A stretch of DNA of 64,000 nucleotides from Anthoceros angustus (Eukaryota; Plantae; Anthocerotophyta): NCBI GenBank assembly GCA_010909165.1, contig MU008199.1, positions 514,248-578,247 on the forward strand. The letters are read 5' to 3'. The notes under the pieces are model-generated. The model was not told the DNA's origin. It did not search any database and was given only the letters and a program-made list of their open reading frames with translations. Both the position numbers and the translations under genes were made by a program. Below are positions 50,076-61,859 of the stretch, piece by piece. Position 1 is the stretch's first letter, and every line of letters starts with the position of its first letter.

Positions 50076-50730
50076 GAAGAAGAAGAAGAAGAAGAAGAAG
50101 AAGAATTTTATTTAAGTCCACTAAGTACGGACCTCTGCCATGGGACTGAAATATGGTGACTACATAAATTGCGGTAAACTGGTCTGGGTGAATATAAAGG
50201 TAAAATTCAAACAAGACAAATAATCTTCAATCAATCAACAGTGTCCATGAAATTGCGTGAACGAGGGCCAAACACCACCAATTCATCCCCATGAAAGAAA
50301 GCCACTTGACCTGCAGCACGAGCTGCTCTGAAAGCGAGTAACTTCTCCATCTTAGTCTTCCATTGCAATGGTGTCAGATCCTCATTGATATATAACTAAG
50401 TTGTCCGTAACATAGACCTAGCCCTCGTAACCTGGAGGCGATCATCCATAGAATGAAAAGTCATAATCAATATGCGCTTCCTACCAAAATCCTTTCCAAG
50501 CCAGAAGGCTTGAGGAACAACCACATCGACCTCTGGCCTATTGAGAAACTCCTTTGCAGCCACAAGTGGTCCAACAATATCATTACCAAGACCAGAAATT
50601 CTCAAGTTCAAAGCACGGCGAGCACGGTCCACCATCTCGGAAACAACTTCCGATACTGTGTTGCCACCAGGACAAGAAGGAGCAGGGGGATCATTAAAGT
50701 CTACTTGGATGGAAGTTTCTTGTCATGGTA
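50076..50730 (-). mobile_element. LINE-derived element with ORF1 only, 3' UTR, AATAAA and (TTC)10 tail
   Basis: ORF1-like 'RARRALNLRISGL...ILIMTF...YINEDLTPLQ...AFFHGDELVV' (one in-frame TAG at 50396; stop at 50231). AATAAA at ~50107-50112 is followed directly by (TTC)10 (50076-50105). The 5' end is cut by Copia sequence. Confidence 0.65.
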
Positions 50731-50749
50731 TTTAGTACCTAACAACTTA

Positions 50750-52716
50750 TACCAATGCTGTTGAAGAACTGTCGCACATGCGCCTTGGATCGGGGTTTTA
50801 GTGAGAGGATTTTGGACCCGACAAACTTTAGGGCACGTTTCGTGCTTAGGGGCATAAGTGACTATTTATCAGAGCAGTTGGTATGGTTATCATTCATAAC
50901 CGTAGGAACAGTTACAGAACCAACTTTTGTACAATATAAGAACAAGTTCGTGTATGAGTAACTTATCAATTCCTATGCATTGCCAGTAATCTTGTGACAG
51001 CGTTATTGTATCGTCGCACTCATTTTCGGTTTCACAGCCAGCGTCTCTTCGCAGATCTCTCGCTATGGCGTTACCTGCTCAAATGCAATCGGTATAGATC
51101 CTAAAATTGGCAATATGGCTCGAAAGCGCACTCCGGCATCCTACTCACCTATGGGCCGGACGCCGCTACTGACACAGGTCATCTGCAGCGACTGCATCGT
51201 ACAAATGAATCGAGGCATTGGATTCAAGCCCGTCTGCGCCCTCCAGACATGCTTTGCCGAAAAAGGGCATGGTTGGAGCCACCGGTTGAGGGTTGCTTCG
51301 CTCCTCGATTCTTCCTCCGAGAATGCGTCGGCGACCTGCGAAGGGTGGTACTCCTCTTGATCTGTGCTTTGTATGGCTTGTCGCAGACGAAGTGCAGGAG
51401 GGAAAGTCACAGGATGAAGGAGAGATGTTATCAATGCAACGCGGCACAGTTCTATGACAATTGTGCACATGAACTGGCCGTGAGGACCTAAAGTTATGTC
51501 GTCTTTGCTTACATCCTCTCATTATCCTTCATCTTCAGCGAGTAAAAATGCCTTGTTGAGTTTATAAGTGACATTGAACTCCGGGATTGGAACATGTCTT
51601 TGAAAGTCTTCCAAATCCCGTAGGCTGTGGTTTGGCCTTGTGTGTGCTGAAGCATTGTTTTATCTAATGCTGAGATAAGCACACCACGCTTTTCTGTCCT
51701 TCTTTAACTGCATAAATTTGATCTTATGCCCTGTGGGAAAAGAGGTGAGCGAGGGGATTTTGGATGTTCCATCAGTGACATCCATAAGATCGTGGTCCTC
51801 TAGAAGTGAGGTAACACACATTTCCCATACATCAAAGTCGGTTCCATTGAATTGGTCTCGTTCATGGAACTTGATCTTTGTAGTGTTAATGACAGTGGGA
51901 ACCAGAGGCTGTTGAGCCGTGGTTCTTCTAAATCTAAGCTTGTGGTGCTTAAGAGAGTCGAAACCGAGCATGCGTCGACTGCAACTAAAATCGGCCGCTG
52001 ATGGAGATTCTCTCTATCGCTAGGTGAAGTGCTTCGATTTTGTACTCGATGGCTGAAAGCTGTGATTTCAGGTCCTCATGTGTGACAGTTGTCTTGGTAT
52101 GGAACATGCTTGAGTGATTGCAAGATGGTCCTGGCAGATGCTAGCAAAGTTGCCAGATCTTTGGTGAGAGGCGGCCGAGGGGAAGACGAGGCAGAGACCG
52201 GGAGGCTTCACCAATCAAGACCTAGTTTACCAACAAGAAGATCATCAACGGATTCAACAATCAATCGCCCACAAAAGAAAACGCAAGGGACTGAATCGTG
52301 CCGGATCCCCGGCCACTTCAAGCACGAATGCAGAAAGAAGCAATTGGGAGAACCCCGCCGTGACTCACCTCAAAACGAGTTCAACTTGCTGATGATTCCC
52401 AAGTCACCACCAGCAAACTCCATCCTAGCTGTATGTTTGATGCTAACCAGGACTGACAACGATCGATGGTTTCTGCAGCAGCAAAGAGATGTTTACATCC
52501 TATTCGATCAGCACGTGCTGCTCGGTGACGATAGCTCACTTCCTGTCCAAGGAACAGGCGAGGTTGCATTGAGACTGTCCAATGGGGAATCCCTCATCAT
52601 CAACGGCGTGCTCCACGATCACGCAATGACCAAAACCTCACAGCCGCTGGTGAGTGCCACAAAGCATGATCTTACCATCACATTCAAGGATTGCATTATA
52701 TATCACTTAAGGACAG
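50750..52716. mobile_element. Rearranged Ty1/copia fragments
   Basis: Minus strand: gag N-terminus ('ERDQFNGTDFDVWEMCVTSLLEDHDLMDVTDG', 51660-51971) continuing to ~51490, then degenerate integrase-like sequence. Plus strand: zinc-knuckle remnant 'GHFKHECRKK' and protease region 'VLLGDDSSLPVQGTGEV' (52089-52716). Confidence 0.7.
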
Positions 52717-53293
52717 TGTCGATTTGCGGGTAAGCACTGAATTCATATAAGCACCCAGAACAAACTGCCAAACAAATATAATATGCATATATAGGTGCAA
52801 ACCAATAACAACAGACGAGTAGGCTCATGATCGTGGCACAAACACACTCTCCCACGAGAACAACACGCAAATTCCTCACACACGCTTCCTGAGTCATAGC
52901 TTTGGCCTCCTCACAACGCCTTTGCATGATATCTAGAGGACAAGCTATGATCCGAGCTTGTCCTCAATGGAAGGGTCTATATATAGCCGAATCGGCATAT
53001 TCCTAGAATATCCCATATTGGCATCACTAAATATCCTAAGAATACACTATAATATGCAAGGAATATGCCAAAGCATATTACTTGAGCTTATCCACTTAGC
53101 TATTGCTAACCATGTTTAATTAACACTAATCAATGCTTAATTAACATAAGCACATTAATTAATTAATCAATGCTTAATTAACATAAGCACTTAGATTAAT
53201 TAACACACTTACTTAAAGATAAGTAATTAGATTAATTAATGCTAATCAAACACTAAACCCAAGTGCGTAGATTAGTATCACACTAAGACGACA
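52717..53293 (-). repeat. Probable 3' LTR (577 bp) of the PHD-gypsy element
   Basis: TGTCG...CGACA terminal inverted 5-mers; minus-strand CTATATATAG followed by the hairpin GAGGACAAGCT/AGCTTGTCCTC; lies downstream of the pol stop. Confidence 0.65.
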
Positions 53294-53439
53294 CGCCGCA
53301 GGTAAGCACTTGAATTCATATAAGCACTTTCGACCAACAACCAAGCAAACAAATCTAATACGCATATATAGGTGCAAACCAATCGATAATGTGAGACTCC
53401 AAGTCAAACATTATCATTAGTAGGACTACACGACGCACC

Positions 53440-55479
53440 TCATGTAGTGCATTGTGCACAAAACCAATCTTCCTGAATGTCACAAGAGGTGGTTGAACAC
53501 AAAACATGTGGTATCCCCTATTGCACCGATCACAAAGAAGCATTACATCATCATCAAGACGCCACAAACCCGACACTCCAAGTCTTTGGGTGGACGCCAC
53601 ATTGTAGGCCGAGTTGAGGGTCCAAATTGCAAGTGGCATGGTGCGCAGCTTGAGGTGATCCTTCCATCTTCGCCATCGATCCTTCGAGCTCAAGCACTCC
53701 ATCTTTGCCTACTCGCACGACCCGCAAGATGACTCTGGTGGATACCTCCAAGGTGTTGCCGGCTTCCGATGTAGACATAATCTCCAACTTCGAACTTGCA
53801 CCTTGGGTTTCCATGTCCTCCTCGTGTGTAAGCATAGCTTGATCCTCGTGCGCTATGGCAAGGTTCTCATTGCCATGGGCATGATCCGCTTGAAAAGCTC
53901 GCCCGCCTTTCCGTGTCTCGTAGGCAATCATCCGCATTGCGCCAATCCACCGGTGCTTGTAGCCTTGCTTGCCTCACGCTTGGCAAAATGGTTGTCGCCC
54001 ATACAACAAGTAGTATGGTGAAAAATTGCTCAAGGCTTGATTGCTCACCCCACCTAGCACTAGGTATGGCATCCCTTCATCCCATGTCTTCGGTCATTTG
54101 TGAGACAATATTTGCAAGGCCGCTTGAAGGTCCGCACCAAGCGCTCAAGAAGTCCATCGGCTTGAGGATGATCTCGACGACGCCGATGATCAATCAAGCT
54201 CCCAAGCAAGTCTTGAAATTCCCACCAATTCTTTGCCGGCCGAGAGAACCTCTCGCACATGCTCCATATCGACTAAGAACGGAAGCCAAGAACGCCACCG
54301 GTAAGCCGAGAGTCACGCTTGGGTAAGATGGCAACCTCGCACCACTTGCCGAAATGCTCCACCATTAGCATGACATGCTTGTTTCCAAGACGCTGCCTCG
54401 CATGTCCGGCATGAGATCCACACTCCAATGTAGAAGAGTCCTCGATCGGCAGAGAGTGAAGCACAACATCATTGGTGAACCTTGCCTTCACTCGATCGCA
54501 CACTCTACATTCTGCGACCCTTTCCACATCTCCATACATCCTTGCCCGTGTGTGGGCCTCGAGCTGTGAGGTGCGCTTAGCACCAAAATGCCCTAAGCCT
54601 TCATGCACCGGGTGATGAGTCTCACCGGTCCTCCGCTTGGGTACAATTCTATCTCCTGTAATCAGGACATACATTATGTCCTCCTTCCAATAGTACCGAG
54701 CCACCTTCTCGCGTAGCTTGGCCTCGCTCGAGATGAAAGCCCTTGTGGCAATTTCCCAGACCTTAGGAAGGTCATCGCTATTGCATCCGCCCAGATGTCC
54801 CCGAGGGACTCTCCATACAAAGCGATGAGTGGAGGCATCTTGACATCCTCATGCAAAGATGGCCAACATGGTATCCGGACTACTCTCCCCAGCTCGCCAT
54901 CCGAATCTTGCCCGGCCCCCGTAGTGTCTTCATGGTAGAGGATTCCTTGACAACCCATCAAGATTAGAGTGAACTCTACCGCTTGTTCGGCGACAAAGTC
55001 ATACTCGGAGAATGAGAGCCCACCGCCGCCTTTCCCGTAAGCTGCTCATCAACCAATGCAAGGGTTGATGCGTGATTAGTCAAATTGATGTCCAAACAAG
55101 TATGACGAAAGTGTCCGATCGCCCACACCGCAAGACATTCTCCTTCATAGGCGAGTAGTTGGACTCACCGGTTGTTGCTCTCGCATAGGCAATGACATGT
55201 TCCTCTTCTTGTCATTGATCCGCGCCAAGACCGCCTATGCCGCATTGCTCCAATCTGTAAAGTACGAACGGCCATCAAGTTTGATGACCAAGAATTAGAG
55301 CTCATGAGTCTACCCTTCAACTCCATGAAAGCCGACTCCTCCTCTTGAGTCCAACGCCAAGTCACCAACTTCTTCGACAGGTCATTCAATGGCCGCGCAA
55401 TCCTGCTCATCCGCAGAATGAACTTCCTATAGTAACTTGCCAACCCCAAGAATGCCCTCAACTTTGAGATGTCTTTTGG
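53440..55479 (-). mobile_element. Ty3/gypsy pol fragment: RT end, RNase H, integrase with C-terminal PHD finger
   Basis: 'PKDISKLRAFLGLASYYRKFI', RNase H, 'HEGLGHFGAKRT..CRVC' (integrase zinc-binding), 'HPQADGLLER' (core), then C-R-V-C...LLCDRCNRGYHMFCVQPPL...EDWFCAQC (53449-53575) across two frameshifts. Confidence 0.88.
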
Positions 55480-55630
55480 CCTTGGACTTGGGCTCCTTCG
55501 CCTCCTCTCCTTGGCCTTGGACTTGGGCTTCTTCGTCTCCTCTCCTTGGCCTTGGACTTGGGCTTCTTCGCCTCCTCTCCTTGGCCTTGGACTTGGGCTT
55601 CTTCGCCTCCTCCCTTGGCCTTGGGCTTGG
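55474..55630. repeat. Tandem array of 35-bp units (left arm)
   Basis: 'ccttggccttggacttgggcttcttcgcctcctct' at 55509, 55544 and 55579, plus partial flanking copies. Confidence 0.92.
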
Positions 55631-58384
55631 TCCCCTCTAGGGCCTCAAGCCTTGGGCACACTTTAGAGAATCCCTTGCCTACTTGCAAAGAGCTACCGGC
55701 GTGACTTGGCGCGATTGATAGCCCGCGCGACAATCCGGTCGTTGTAGGAAGAAGTCCGTCTCCCAAGGGAATGATAGTCTGCGTTGCGCTTCGTGATTCT
55801 TACCTCACTTCTGGCGCCTCTCAACGCACATACGCTTCTAACTACTTCAACGTTCACCGCATGCCCTGTGAGATGGCTAAACGTATAGGGACCTGTCCCC
55901 AGTATCGTTCACATTCGCCACTCACACTTCCACCCTTCCTCTCCACTCACGCTACACTCCCATCGCCTTAGGGAAAGACGCTGGTTACATGCCCCGACCT
56001 CCTCCGCTCCGCTGGCCTCCGTCCGGCTCAGACGCCTCCCGAGTTCCTCCGGCCACACGCCCACCTCGGCCGGGTCGCTGCTCCGGACGAGCACGGTCAC
56101 CGCCACCCTTCCCCGCACACACCACAACACGTTAGGTCCGCTCCAGACCCGATCAATCTCCCGAGCCGCCGTGCCCGCCGCTGACTCGTGACTCACGCTA
56201 GCAAGAAGACACACAAAGGTCTGCAAGAACGCGGCATCAACACCAAGAGAAAGATGATTTATTCAGAGCGCCTTAGCCCTTTATACTACGCAAGCCCACG
56301 CCTTTATTACACCTCTATTCGAAATGAGGGCCACCTCAGCCCTAACCGCCGCCTACCTCCCTATTCCGCCTATCGCCGCCGGGGCTGGATGGCCCCGATT
56401 CCTTCTTGGCACCGGCCCAAAGCCGAGCTGGCCGGGCGCACTAATCGGATGATCCGCGAGGCGACCCCTTCCTCTTCCCGAGGGTCTGCAGCCGCGCCAC
56501 CGGCGCGGCGACAACGCGGCACCACCAAGTCTTCCTCGCCCTCCCTCTTCTCTCTCGGGCCTCAAGGGGCCTCCAAGGGCCGGATCACTGGGGTGGTGAC
56601 CGTGGCTCTCCCCACTCCCGAGTTTGGACCTCGTGGACTGCCTCGACTCGAGTCCGGACCTCTAGGTCCGGCCTTCCTCCGGGTCCGGCCTGGCCCGGCC
56701 TGAGTCCGGCCCCTGGGCCCGACTGGGTCCGGCCTGACCCAACCTTCCTCGGGTCCGGACCTCGTGGTCCGGACGCCACTAGAGTCCGATCCCTAAGTCC
56801 AGCCTTCTGGCCGGACCCTGATCCGCCTTCTCGAGTCCGGACAAAGTCCGACCTCGTGCTCCCGGCATGCCTCACCGGCTGGTCACGGGTTCATCCACCG
56901 AGCCTCCCTTGGTTCCCGAATGCCCTTGCACCCTTTCCCTTCCTCTCCTTGGCCTTGGACTTGGGCTTCTCGCCTCCTCAGCCTTGGACTCTGGGCTTCT
57001 TCGCCTCCTTGGCCTTGGGCTTGGTCCCCTCTCTGGGCCTCAAGCCTTGGGCACACTTTAGAGAATCCCTTGCCTCTTGCTTAAGGCTAAGCGTCGCATG
57101 TGGCGCGACTTTATGTTGATAGCGTATGCCACAATCCCGTATCGTTGTAGGAAGAAGTCCGTTCCCAAGGAATGATAGGCTCCGTTTGCCGCGTTTGGTG
57201 ATTCTTACCTCGCTGCGTCGTTGACCTCAACGCACGCCGCTAACTACTCTAGCGTTCACCGTCACGGGCCGGTATGGCCAAGCGTTTAGGGACCGTTCGC
57301 GTCCGTATCGTTCACATTCGTCACTCACACTTCCAGTCCTTTCCTCTCTCCACTCACGCTACACTCATGGTCATCGTCTTAGGAAGGCAGCGCGGGTTAC
57401 AGTCGGACCTCCTCCCATCGTTCGCGGGCCTCTCCGTCCAGCTCTGCGCCCTCCGGAGTTCCTCCGGCTCACGTTCGATCCGTTCGGTCTTTGGGTGGCG
57501 GCTCGGGCGAGCACGGGTCACGATCACCCTTCCTGCACACACCACAACACGTTAGGTCCGTCACGGGACCACAGATCAATCTCCCGGGTGGGTACCTTTC
57601 GTGACTCGGGACTCACGTTAGCAAGAAGACACACAAAGGTGCAGGCAGCATCAACACCAAGAAAGATGATTTATTGAGCGGCCTTGGCCCTCTTATACTA
57701 GAAGGTCGCGCCTTTATTACACCTCTATTACGGTGAGGGCCATTTCGGGTGCCTAATGCCCGGCCGCCTACTATCCTCCTATTCACTATCGCGGTGGTGG
57801 GGTGGGATACCTGATTCCTTCTTGGCACGGCCAAGCGAGCCACAGCCATGTGGCGCACAATCGGATGATCGCGGGCGGGACCCCTTCCTCTTCCGGGGTC
57901 AGCCGAGGCTGCGCCACCGTGGCGGCGACAGCGATCACCACCAAGTCTTCCTCGTCCTCCCTCTTCTCTCTGGCGGGCCCTGCGTGGGCCCTCAAGGGAT
58001 CTGCTTGGGGTTGGTGTGGCTCTCCCCACTCCCAGTTTGGACCTCGGGACCACTCGACTCGGTCCGGACCTCTAGTCAGTCTTCCCTCTGAGTCCGGTCT
58101 CCAGGCCGGCCTTCTTTCCAGTCAGGTCCTCGGGGCCGGACTTGCCTCACAGGTCCGGTCTTGGACCCAACCCTTCCACAGGGTCGGACCTCGAGGTCGG
58201 ATTCGTCACTGAGTCTGGATCCCTAAGTCGGACTTCCTTGAGGCGGACCTCGGGATCGGCCTTTCCTCAGTCGGACAAAGTCAGGACCCTCGACTCTGGG
58301 CATGCCTCCTCAGGGCTAGTCACGGGTTCATCCTGAGCCCTCCCTTGGTTCCAGAATGCCCGGTTGCACCCTTTCCCTTCCTCT
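55476..58384. repeat. Tandem duplication of a ~1.45-kb unit (55476-56945 and 56946-58384)
   Basis: Anchors: 'gttgtaggaagaagtccgt' at ~55741 and ~57144; 'cgttcacattcg' at ~55905 and ~57309; 'gactcacg.tagcaagaagacacacaaagg' at ~56190 and ~57610; 'gcatgcctc' at ~56865 and ~58300. Each unit has a minus-strand TATAAAGGG-like motif and AATAAA. Confidence 0.85.
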
Positions 58385-61306
58385 CAAGATCCTCCCTCTT
58401 CCTTCCATGCGAGGTCAGAGTGCTTACCTCCCGGTGTGACCCCTTCCTCCTCCGGTTCCTCCAGCTGCTCTCCCTCGCTGCTGCCGTCATCAAGCAGCGC
58501 TCCTAGGACTCCAGTTGTCTTTGTCCGGGTCCGTCCTCTCTCGCTCCTCCTTCCATCCCACGGAAGTCCACCCTCCCCACTGGGGTGGCGCGGGACCTCG
58601 AGCCTTGAGGAGCTCTGCGTGGTAGTAGGCGAAGTCGGAATCGACTTGGAATCGCCTCCTACATGAGCCGGGCACCGGTACTCCCTCCTCGGAGGTGCTC
58701 CAGGCGGATCGCCCGCCCTGGCCGTCTCCGTGGCCAAGCTTACGGTATGGTGGCGGACTCCCTTGAGGCCGTCAAGGCTGCCTCCGTTACCTCTTGCAAC
58801 CTTGCTCCGGCGTTCTCCTCCTCCGTCGTTGTTCCGGCTCACTTGATTCAGCCATGGGTGAGCTCCTTCTGCTTCTGCGGACGGACAGCTGTAGCCTCTC
58901 CTCCGTGCTTTCTTCCCTCGTCTATTCTTTCCGGAGGTCGCCACTTCCTTCTCAGGCGGGCGGTATCCCGTCAGGCTCAGCTTCCTCCACATCCTGCTGC
59001 AACCTTGCGGCGGAACTCCTTGCACGTCGCCTATTCTCCTCCGTCTTCAAGCGGGCTGGGCGTTCTACCTCTCGCTCGAAGTCTTGGATTCTCTCGTTGA
59101 GAACCCCTGCTCCTGCATCTTGGGTTGCAACTCCAAGGTGTCCTTCTTTGTCCTCCGGCTCCTGCCCGCCCTTCTACCTCCTGTGCACAGGGTCCCCAAT
59201 CTCCCGGGTCTTGGCCTCCAGTGCCTCCTCACGGCTCGGCCGTGCTTGCTCCTTGCTCGGCCTTGATTGGCGTGGCTCTCTCGGCCGCTCTCCTCCAGGT
59301 TCGATCCGATGGTATCGCGATCGGCGCCGCCGTGGCCTCCGCCTCCTTGGCCACCTTCACACGAGCCTCCGGCAGCTCTGGTCGGTCAGCTGCCTCGCGG
59401 ATCCGCGCCCGTTACGCTTGCGCCGGGCGTCCTCTTCTGTGCGCTCGCTCTGCTGCGGAGGTCCTCCGCCCGCTTGGGCCTCCCTCCTTGTGTTCCTCGG
59501 TGAAGGAATTTAGTCCGGTCCTTGCGGATGGACGGACCTCCCTCTCCGCCTCCGTTTCCTTCCTCAATCCGAGCTTGGCCTTCCTTCGCCTCTGGGCTCC
59601 CTCAAGCACTCACGGAGGTACCATGCCGCCTCGGGTGGCTTCCACCTCCACAGGTCTTCTCGGCCATCCCTTGAGACCCCAGGCATACCTCCATGGCGGT
59701 AGCAGCGTGTTTCTTCCACGGCGGCTGATGAGGCTCCCAAGTCCGGGCCGGCATCTCCGCAGTCCGTCAGGACCTCCATCTGCGTCAAGCAAGTCGGTGG
59801 GTTCTCGGACAATCGGGACCCTTAGGTCACGAGTCTGCTCAGCTTCCCCTCCTTGGCCCTTTTGGCGCGAGCTCCTTCTCGCCCTTTTCCTCACAGGGCT
59901 CGGCGGAGGTGATGGAGTCAGGAGCACGCCCTTTGCCCCTTCACAGCCGGCGGCCGGCTCTGGATCGGCTGCTGCCGGTGTCCTCCTGCTCACAGGCGTC
60001 CCTTTACGCCCTCACTTCTTCCGCTTCTTGCCACTCGGCGGGGGAGAATCTTGCAGGCCCAGGGTGCAGCGTTGGTAGCCGTGGTCTTGCGTCTCTTGCT
60101 CTCTCACAGTCGGGGGCTCCTCGGTAGGAGTGATGGCGGGGCTGGTCGGGGCGCTTCTGCTGGGGTGCGGTTGGGGCACGGAAGGAGGAGGCGGGTGCTT
60201 CCCATACTTCCACAGGTGGTGAGGTCCGTTCGGGTAGGAATCCTCGATCGTCCTCCTCCGTCCGTTTGGTTTTGAGCCTCCTCCCTCACGGCGCCCTTGC
60301 AGCTCCGCGGGGCCTCCGGTCCTTTCGGCGCTCGCTCAAGCTCTCCTTCCTTGAGGAGCTCGAAATGCCCCCATACATGGATCGGGTATGGGGCGGCCAG
60401 AATGGCGAAGGCTTCTCGGTCTGAGCTTGCGAGCCTCTGGCTAAGCCGGAAGATAATCCTTCCAGTCCGCCCTCTTCCCATTGCGGCGTGCGGGAACACC
60501 AATAGATTATCACCAAGGTGATCCACCTTGGTGAGTAGGTTCGATGGACAATGATCCGGGCCCACTCGGCCCCATCCAGGTCGGATATCGATGGTTGGTG
60601 GTCGTTGCGTCGAGCCTTAGCTGCTTCTGGCCCTATCTTCCTTCGCCTTGAGGGGCTCGGCACCACCCCTCTTCCTCCTTGGGGCGGTTTGCCGCCTCGG
60701 GACCTCAAGGTCCATCGCCTTGGGTCCTCCGGAGGTTCTTGGACCGCACCTCCTTATTGGCCCTTGACATCTTGGGCAAACTCCGGACGGTGGCTGTCAA
60801 ATGTCGGACCATGGAACACATCCAAATGCCACTCCACCAATTCTCCCGCTTCGGGCGAGCCCAAAGTCGGATGGCGTCATCAATGTTGCGCTCCACAAGG
60901 TTCCATGGCTCCCAAACTTCGCGGGCTTTTGGGTGCCATCTTCCTTCTCTTTTGGCGCTTGGGAGGCTAGCATTCTTCTTCGCGCGTTCTCGACCTCAGC
61001 GGTGAGCCCGCAGCAGGCGTCTAGTGTCCACGAGATACCGCCCGGAGGCGGTTGCGGGCGCGAGGATCGCGAGTGTCTCGAGGCTGCGGAGCCTTCTTCG
61101 CGACCACGCCTTGGGAGTAACCATTTGGGGCGGGCGCCTCTTCCTGTCATGCGAGGTGCATGGCTTACTCGGCCCCTCTGTTGCCAGCCTCGTATACTGG
61201 CGCGTACTGCAGCCCCTCTGTGCGCGCGATAGGCGTGAATACTTCTCTTGACCTCTGGCAGGTTCGGTCTGACCCATGCATGCCGTCCTCCACTCGAAGT
61301 CGTCAC
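58384..61306 (-). pseudogene. Frameshifted TE-associated ORF, probably the same broad family as 3500-7545
   Basis: A chain of minus-strand ORF pieces (60797-61306, 60705-60896, 60286-60708, 60104-60565, 59610-59993, 58384-59025) gives a globular N-terminal part ('WNLVER', 'GIWMCSMVRHL', 'GVPARRNGKRADWKDY') and a long charged low-complexity tail. Confidence 0.5.
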
Positions 61307-61859
61307 GTGGCGTCGCCTGGTCAGTCCTTCAACTTCTAAGTTACTTTCCTGGCGTACTTATCACTGGTCACAGGTGGGTCGGACTTATCCGTTGCTTATG
61401 CGCTGCCGCCGTAGGCCTGGGTACGTTCCTCACTAGTCAGTATACTCGATCTTGTCCAGATGCTGCGTCTTATTTCCCCTTTTCGCCTCATTTGCTCCCA
61501 CAAAAACAAAATCCTACCCTATTTCTAACCCCCCAGAGTGATGATCCAAGAGTCGCTCACGTGGCCTCGCTTCTAGCAGCCTAACAGCAGCTTTGATCTG
61601 ATGGCTAAAACGTGAATGGCGTGCTGCATAAAATCCGTCTTGGCGATGCTGCGTTACGGCGATGCTGGCGTGCTGGCGATGCTGGCGATGCTGGCGATGC
61701 TAGCGGCTAAGCGCTGGCGATGCTGGCGATGCTGGCGCTGGGCTTTAAGCGTGCTAAGGTGATGCTAAGCGTGACCTCGGGCGGGGTGGACTAGGCGATT
61801 AACTGGGCCGTGCTAAGGCCAACCGGGGGAGCAAACTCAAGGCGAGCAACTGACTCCTT

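Noticed and set aside
55474-55630. 35-bp repeats as a CRISPR array (also the 63-bp and 79-bp arrays)
   Set aside because: The units are head-to-tail with no unique spacers, there are no cas genes, and the context is eukaryotic.
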